A DNA stretch of 57,358 nt, filler included, from Catajapyx aquilonaris (taxonomy: Eukaryota), in assembly GCA_000934665.2 (NCBI GenBank). It is 2 parts of 2 records of this genome, joined end to end, with 100 filler letters (N's around TTAATTAATTAA, not from the genome) between each part and the next. Parts side by side here need not be neighbours in the genome. Positions count along the whole stretch, not along the records: positions 28,694 to 57,358 come from KZ539243.1; 1 more part is not named here. One strand, 5' to 3'. A model generated the notes under the pieces. The model was given only the letters and a program-made list of their open reading frames with translations. It made no database searches and was not told where the DNA came from. The position numbers were made by a program, and so were the translations under genes. The stretch's first letter is position 1. Every line of letters starts with the position of its first letter. Positions 50,273 to 57,358 of this stretch are shown one piece after another.

Positions 50273-52537
50273 TTTCGGAAATCCTGTCCATATGGCCCGG
50301 ACTAGCGGCAAGACATTATCAGCTGTTAAATCTTGCAATGAGAATATTAGCGGGGGCCAGGATCGCTTACACGGTCATAAATCCGAGCCTCCCAAAAATC
50401 GTAATTAATTTTGTGACGATTCGTTGACCGACAGCGGCACTTTCCTGGTACGCCGCGGGCTTTGATGGAGCCAATACGGTCCCGGTATGGCCTAATTTCC
50501 TCGTCGACATGCCGACGGGCATTCCTCTCTTCTTTTTTTTTGCACTCGTTAGTTAAGAGGTCAATGTTCATATAAATATAATTAATTCTATTCTAGTCGA
50601 CACGTGTCGGATCATGTTTCGCGAACGTTCATTATCGTGTAACAGGGCCCGTGCATGGCCCGTGTGAATGAAGTTCCTGACATTGAGAGTACTTAGAATG
50701 CAAATGAGACGAATTGTCACGTGCGGAATCATTTGCACAGATTATTGACATTAGCCACAATGACCATTTTATATGACACTGGTATGAGCCACACCCTGTT
50801 GTTCTCTCGTTGTACAGTTGCACAATGCCAGGTCCTGAATTAATTTCTGAAATGTCCTGGTATGGTGTACAAGACTGATAATTGCAGCAATCAAATGATC
50901 AGTACGTCAGTAACAATTATTGTAGCCTAATTTATATTCACTTATTGGCATTATTTTTTGCATGTCCGAAATTTAGCAGATTATTCTTCTTCTTTTAAGT
51001 CAGTTATTTCATGGTGTTTCAAAAAATATTAGCTGCTAATAACAAGTGGAATTTATTTTTTCAGCTCTGAATTTCTGGGCTGGATATGACCCACTTTTGA
51101 CTCCTCATATTCGCTACGCTGCGGTGTACAGTACACACTGCATTCATTGCAATGATGTGAATAAACTATTACAAATAGGGTACAGCACGTGACACTATTT
51201 TCTTGCCTGGTATATTTATAAACGACGGGATTTGCGTGCGGCCTTGGGCAAGCAGTGAATGCAAAATCAATTTGTCACGATCAAAACAGAAGCAACACCC
51301 TGTATATGTCCGGGTGTTTTTTTCTACAGTTTTGGTGACTGGATGTTTCGTCTGTAGAATCAATCTCTTTGCATGAAAGGAAGTTTTGTGCGAGGTAGAA
51401 GCTTTAGGAAAACGATTCTCCGATTGCTTCTTCGATAATATTTGGCCTCCGTCTGTTATGCCGTACCCGGGATTAATGGCCCGGCTGTTTCCACCCCTAG
51501 ATTTTCCCATGCCCATGAGTCGATATATACAGCAGCAGCCAAGACAGCTTGGCATCCGTTCCTCTTTTTCTTGCAAATTCCGAAGGATGGTAATTTTTTG
51601 GTCGGTATCCCATCGACTCTCAACAAAGAGTGACGACAACCGGAGGTATTCGAAGGCCGTAAACCAGAAGGAGCGGCCTGAGGTTTGTTCCACCCCCCCC
51701 CCCCCCCNCCCCCCCCACAAAACGGGGAACTAGGTTATACTTTTACATCCAATGAAACAAGCCCGCATCGGTATAGAATACCCGCACATTTTTTACCCAT
51801 AAAACGCAGATATGAAGCGGCTGCATTCCGTTACGAGCATGCCTTTAAATAAGCTAAGCCGAACGACAACTGTTTTGACCACAGCCATTTTTACCTCTTG
51901 TTTTTTTAAACTAACCACTATCACCGTTCCCGCTAGTGTTCCCAGGAAGACAATAAATGCTCGCTGGAGTGTAACTCATGTGGTGGCGATCGAAACCTCT
52001 AATGTGTCTGCAATTTAAAGTACAATGGGGCAAGGTTAAACCCTCTTTTTAGGTGTTATCTCGCGTTCATAATTCCCATCCTTTGATTACGCCCCAGTTC
52101 CGCTGAATACTTAAACGGGTTTTTGCGATAAACAGTCATCAAGTCATGTCGTCACCATTATTTTTTTACAAGTTGGCACCTAAACTTACATTATAAGCAA
52201 TTTATTTTTCATTGCGTTGACACAACTTCTATGTTGAGATACTTTTTCACCTAAATAAACATTTAAGTGACGAGTACAAAAGCTGTTCCCGTAATCTTGA
52301 GTATTGACGTCACAAATGCTGAATCTAAATAACCGCGAGAATACCAACTAAAACAAACATCACGCCCAATTTTGAACAGCTTGTTCAACAAAATGTATTT
52401 TGGATCTGAATTCGGCACTTCCAAGACGTAAGTTAAGCTTATGTTGGAAGGAAAAGCTCTTCTTACACTTCAAATCTGATGTAAGGAGCTGAGCACTTAC
52501 AGATGTCATTTTTCAAGTAGGGTTCGAGCCACTTTAC

Positions 52538-52959
52538 CTGTCCGCATCGATGGATAGACCATGCCTGAGTCCATTGTGACGCCGTCCCCTAACAAACGCC
52601 ACAGTTGCTGACCTCTTCATGAGAGAGGCCGGGTGCAGCTTGGCCCACGGGTGTCTCGGAGTGGTGGCCCCTGGGGTGGTGGCAGGGGCGGACACCGTGT
52701 AAGGCAGCACATCGTCATGTCCTTCCGACAAGTACCTCTGCAACGGAGGTCTCTTCCGGTTGGGCAGCACCGGGGTGGTGACCGGCGTGGGTGGGGGTGG
52801 TACAGGCACCATCTGGCAGTCCTCCGGTACTATCTTACTAGCCGGCTCCTCCTGCTGGGACACCCTCCGTGTCCTCAACCCGGTCAGTTCCAGGTTAAAG
52901 TCCAGGTCCCAATCCTCCAGATCGTTCAGGAAGAAGTGGTGGAGGAAGGGTGACCACAT
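52538..52959 (-). CDS. Probable first coding exon of an unidentified host gene (140 aa, Pro/Thr-rich, likely disordered)
   Basis: ATG at 52959 (MWSPFLHHFF...GLSIDAD), GC-rich open frame, upstream in-frame stop, ending at donor CAG|GTAAAG in phase 2. Confidence 0.7.
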
Positions 52960-53509
52960 GTGGGCCGGAGAGGCCTCGGAAGGCCCTGCAGGGGCAGCGG
53001 AGGCCACGGTGGCCACTAATTGTCACTCCTCCGCACCATGTAAGTGGTCCTAAGCATCCTCCAGCCAACTTCCGACTCACAGCAACACACACGCGGCACT
53101 GGTCCGCACAATTAAGTCTGAATGCGAGAAGGCAGGGGGAAAACCCTACCAACAAAGCACCCCTCGGACCAGGTGGCCCCCCTTAATTCAATGGATGCAT
53201 GCCCCCGTGGTGAAATGGCACCCCATCCGATGCCAACTCTATACCTTCCAAGTCCCGATCTTGAGATGTCCACGCCGCACACACAACAGGTACAAACCCA
53301 ACAGGTACATGGTCCGGCACACGCGGTTGCCACCATGCAACAACCACGGAGCGAACCTTTTCCCGCAACTGGCAGGCATGCCCTGCGCAGCGCCTTCTAA
53401 CTTTGGTCCTACCCCCCCCTCTCTCTCTAGCTCCTAACCCACACTCAACTCCCACACTAGTACATCCCCCGCACCACCCAGTGATTCTGGGGAACGGGGC
53501 CAGCGACGG

Positions 53510-53600
53510 GTGCCAAATCGATAGGGGGGGTATAGCCAGAGACTGCTTGGGGAGAAGGATCTGTAGTATCGCGGAAAGGAGTAAGGTAGCAGACCTGTAT
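53510..53600 (+). pseudogene. Family-D-associated fragment (AERSKVADL)
   Basis: 53569-53597 matches 15104-15132 at 27/29 nt, and both changes are synonymous. Confidence 0.55.
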
Positions 53601-53602
53601 AA

Positions 53603-53729
53603 GACCCACTTACACGATCACTTTCCTAACGTAACGGTCAGCCAATCAGAATGCTCCAGCAAGCGGGAAGCATTCTGATTGGCTGACCGTTCCTACTTAC
53701 GTTTGGGAAAGTGATCGTGTGAGCGTTCA
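53603..53729. mobile_element. PIF/Harbinger-like palindromic MITE
   Basis: TAA and TTA flanks. Arms CACGATCACTTTCC...AACGGTCAGCCAATCAGAATGCT are mirrored. Confidence 0.75.
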
Positions 53730-56700
53730 TTATTTGATGGTTCTTTTGTGGAACAATGCTTATGAAGTGATGTCAAACATAGCAAGTCAGACGCACCTGC
53801 ATAGCAGATGTCTCCTGTGGTGTGGGCCTCATGCATGACTGTGTTGCTTACAACCGCAACACACGTCTCGTAAAAATTTTTGGCACGGTCCCCAGTTTTT
53901 GTTGAAAGTTTTTACGTGTCCAGCACAGTTTTTTTGAGGGGGATATGGTCGATACTACCTTTTAAAGGTACATAGTTTCAAATCAGTCTCAAAACAGACA
54001 AAATGTAAGTCAGAACCAGGAACGCAGCATGAGATCGGAAGACTTTAAAGCATGCAGCCGATGTTTATGGCCGCCACTTTGGACCCCTCAGACTCCAGAA
54101 TTGGATTCAGCTTCCTCCTGGAGATTGCTTTGTAGAAACGACATAAATTACACATTTACGACCAACAATCGGATTCGGATTCATTTTTTCCTCCAGAAGC
54201 TTTCATTCCCTTCCATCCATAGTGATCAAGCACGTCGCTACTTCTCCGCAATTCTCCGAAGCGTTCTCAACCGTTTTGGGCCAAGAATCCTTATGATTTC
54301 CTACAATTTGAAAACGGGAAAAAATGTAGTCAAAAAGTGATTTTGGCGATTTTCCATATTTTTGAAGAACGTTTGATCGATACTCTCCATTTGCATAGCA
54401 AACTTGTAAGTTACGGGGGCGTATGCCACACAAATTTGTTTTCTCTCTCTCATAATGTTCAGTATGCCAAAATATACATATTTTTGACTGAAACGTTGCC
54501 TACGCTCCAGATTGACTGAATTGTTGCGGGTCACTTCCAGAGTTTTTCCGCCTTTCCGACACAATTTGGCACGTGCTGGACCAAGCAGAATTTGGCAGAG
54601 CTTTGCCGGCCAACAGTATACAGATTTATGCGTATACGTGCCGTCGCCATAAACTTGAGCGACCTCTCCCGTGACCTATTGGAACGGGCATCAGCGTGAC
54701 ACGGAGGGCGGGGCCTGACCCGTCACGCTGCCAGCCTTTTATTTCCACTTCATTAACGCGTTTCTCCATTAAAGTCTCAATTTATGACAGCCAGCCACCG
54801 ATACGTCCAGGCCTTAAAAAAAACGGTTCAGCTCTGTTTCTTTCTGGTCCTAAACTAGAACCGGCCAAAAAATAACAGGGGGGAGGGGGGTTCTAGTGCT
54901 GGAAAAATTCCCGAGGCGTGCCATGGAATGGAATGGTGTTTTAAAAAAAAAAAGTAGAGTCTGATTTGGGAGTCGTGCGTCATGGCTTTGGATTGAGAGG
55001 ATGACAGATTTAGAGTCGAATTGTCATAATTATGACCGCGATTTTTTTGGATCGCAAAAATTTTGACAGATAGTTGCAGGGAGGCTGGAAAAAGTTCGGT
55101 TTTTAACACAGATCGGGCCAGATATTTTTATTTAATTTTAAATAATTTTTATGAACAACTGAATGTTGTTGCTATATGCAATTTTAACTCATAAAAAACG
55201 AGCCGTTAAAATGCAATTGAAGGAGTGGCCCAAATATCGCAAATTGCATTATAATAACGGTTGGCTAATATATTTCGCATATTTATAAAAAAGCCGTTTT
55301 GCGAGGTAGGGTGGGGCAGGTGTGGGCAGATGCTGCTCTGCATTACAAAGGAAGCGATGCATGCTGCACTTAACTTTTGTAAGTCGCTCAACTGGGTGCC
55401 ACAACATAACTCTTTGCGACTACTCAGCTGCACCGTATTGTCCAAGCGCATGTCCCTAGGCAAAAGTACTTTCATAAAAAAGAGAGATATTGGAAGTCGC
55501 AATTTTTTTTCTTCTTAGTCGCTCTTTTTGATGTCAGATTGATGAACGGTGCTGTGAAACGGGACACTGCTTTTCGACAAAAATCGGTCCAGATTACAAA
55601 GAATCCGACAATCGTGTCCCCCCGCTGCGACATCCTCCTCCAACAAGGATTGTACTGATGTACAGACACAAATCCATCATGTCGGTTGGAACCGTTGAGT
55701 GAACAATGATTGTGTCCCCATCCAGCCCGTTCGCATCTGTCAAATAGCCTGGCACAGCTCCAATGCATTCATCTCCTCCCCTCTCATACCCCCCCTCCCT
55801 CCAAAAAAAAAAAAAAAGTAGGGGCGGGAATTGGCGGAGAGGGGAGACTTCATAGCACCAAAAATCGCAATCCGATCATGGATGGCACCAACCCAACGGA
55901 TCCCAAAAATCCTAACCTCAGCATCCCTCTGCCATACCTCGCCCCTACACTTACAATTACAATCTATTCAAAGCCAGCGTCCATTCAAAACGCCTGTCCG
56001 GCCCCCATCTTTTGTCCCTCATGTGGGGGACACAGTCCCGCAAAGCCTTCATAACAATACGCCTTACTTTGTTTAATCTGATTATTTGGGATGAGACGCG
56101 TGCTTCCCCTCCTCATACACACACATGCAGCCAACCGAAATGTGTCCCCGGAGGGTACCGATGCACACTTCTCTGCGGATATTAACGCCAGAAGTGTCAC
56201 TTGACCGGAGGGTTTGCCAAATATCGAGGCATTGTTGTGTATAATAGGCCTGGATGATGATGGGTCCATAATAAAAACGTTTTAATTATAGCGGATCTTG
56301 GTTGTCAGTCCACTAATTACAAAGTCCGGACTTCCTTCTCACAGGAACTAGTTTCCCCACTCTTATTATCCACAATTATGAGTCGGGGGCATCTTCTCTG
56401 ATCCAGAAGGAAACTCCGAAGTGGGGGGCTTGTTTAATCAAATCGGCGGAAGAGCCAGGCCTTCCTTCCTCCACCTGATAATTGATTGCAAACTGGTGTT
56501 AAATTATAACTCGCGGATCTCCTAACGAGGTTCACATCGATCCTTAGGGTCCAAAGCTCCCCACTGGATTAGCTGCAAAATCGAATCATCCGGAAAATTT
56601 AAAGATAACGTGTGAACAAATGCAGGGAAGGGGACCAATTAAGTGGCTAATTGCATTTGCATACGTTTCTGTTTCCGAGGGTGGACAGGGTCCGGATTTT

Positions 56701-56840
56701 TTGGGGGGTTGAAAATGGTGTTCCACGTATTTCATCTCCTTAATGGGCCAGACTTGACGCGATGACAGTGTGTCAACACGGCGTGATAATCATATCTGAA
56801 CGACGTTTATTTGACAGGGGACATGACGAGAAACACTTAC

Positions 56841-56888
56841 CTTTCGTCGATGTCCGGGTTCTCAGCTGATGGTACGGCATCTTCGGGT
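56841..56888 (-). CDS. Probable 48-nt internal exon (PEDAVPSAENPDIDE), phase 2 to phase 2
   Basis: Acceptor TTTCAG and donor AAG|GTAAGT. The exit phase matches the 52538 exon. Confidence 0.6.
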
Positions 56889-57358
56889 CTGAAACGATAT
56901 GAAATATTTACTTAGCTGCACAGAACTGTAAGAAAGCAATCACTTTTCCTAGCTGCAGAAAATCGAACCCTGTAGCAGCCATGAGTGAAAAGACTTTCAC
57001 GCTGAATGGAGAAGAAAAGAGGAGAAAAATAGTGTTCATTGGCTCACGTGCTGAAAAGAGCAAAAAGTGCAGCCAAAGGCCATAGTTTGCAGTTGAGAAA
57101 AAAAAGCAGATGCCTGGGCTTCTTCACTATTGCACAATTATTCTAAGAGAGCAGAAGGGGGGAAATAAAGAAAGGCAAGTCGGAAGCCTAGTTGGAAGCT
57201 AAAGAAAGAGATGCTCCCTGGAGTACAGCAACGTCATTAAGCTTTCGGAAGAACTTGCCCGGAACAAATTAGCTTCTCGCAGAGTTTGATGTATGGACTG
57301 TGAGATTACAGGAGACGAAAAAAAGCTCGTAATATGCCAAACTCTTAGGGGCAAAATT

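Noticed and set aside
52538..52959. Assigning a gene name such as a PDE4/dunce isoform
   Set aside because: The phase is compatible, but no conserved downstream exon or domain is visible in the window.

Overview
Eukaryotic, invertebrate-animal-like genomic DNA with no complete intact gene. An artificial 100-nt assembly linker (44 N + TTAATTAATTAA + 44 N, 28594-28693) splits the window into two pieces that may not be truly adjacent. The left piece is repeat-rich. It holds a tRNA-derived SINE, TA-target and TTA-target MITEs, several minisatellites and a foldback satellite. It also holds a mosaic of short decayed paralogous coding-like modules of unknown family, often arranged as inverted pairs (one forms a ~215-nt hairpin) and separated by AT-rich spacers. 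The right piece looks like the 5' part and a long intron of an unidentified minus-strand host gene, with candidate exons at 56841-56888 and 52538-52959, both ending in phase 2. That intron contains a decayed piggyBac transposase and a strong candidate recursive-splicing site. Two more recursive-splice-like sites lie on the plus strand of the left piece. All calls come from manual reading; no database searches were run.
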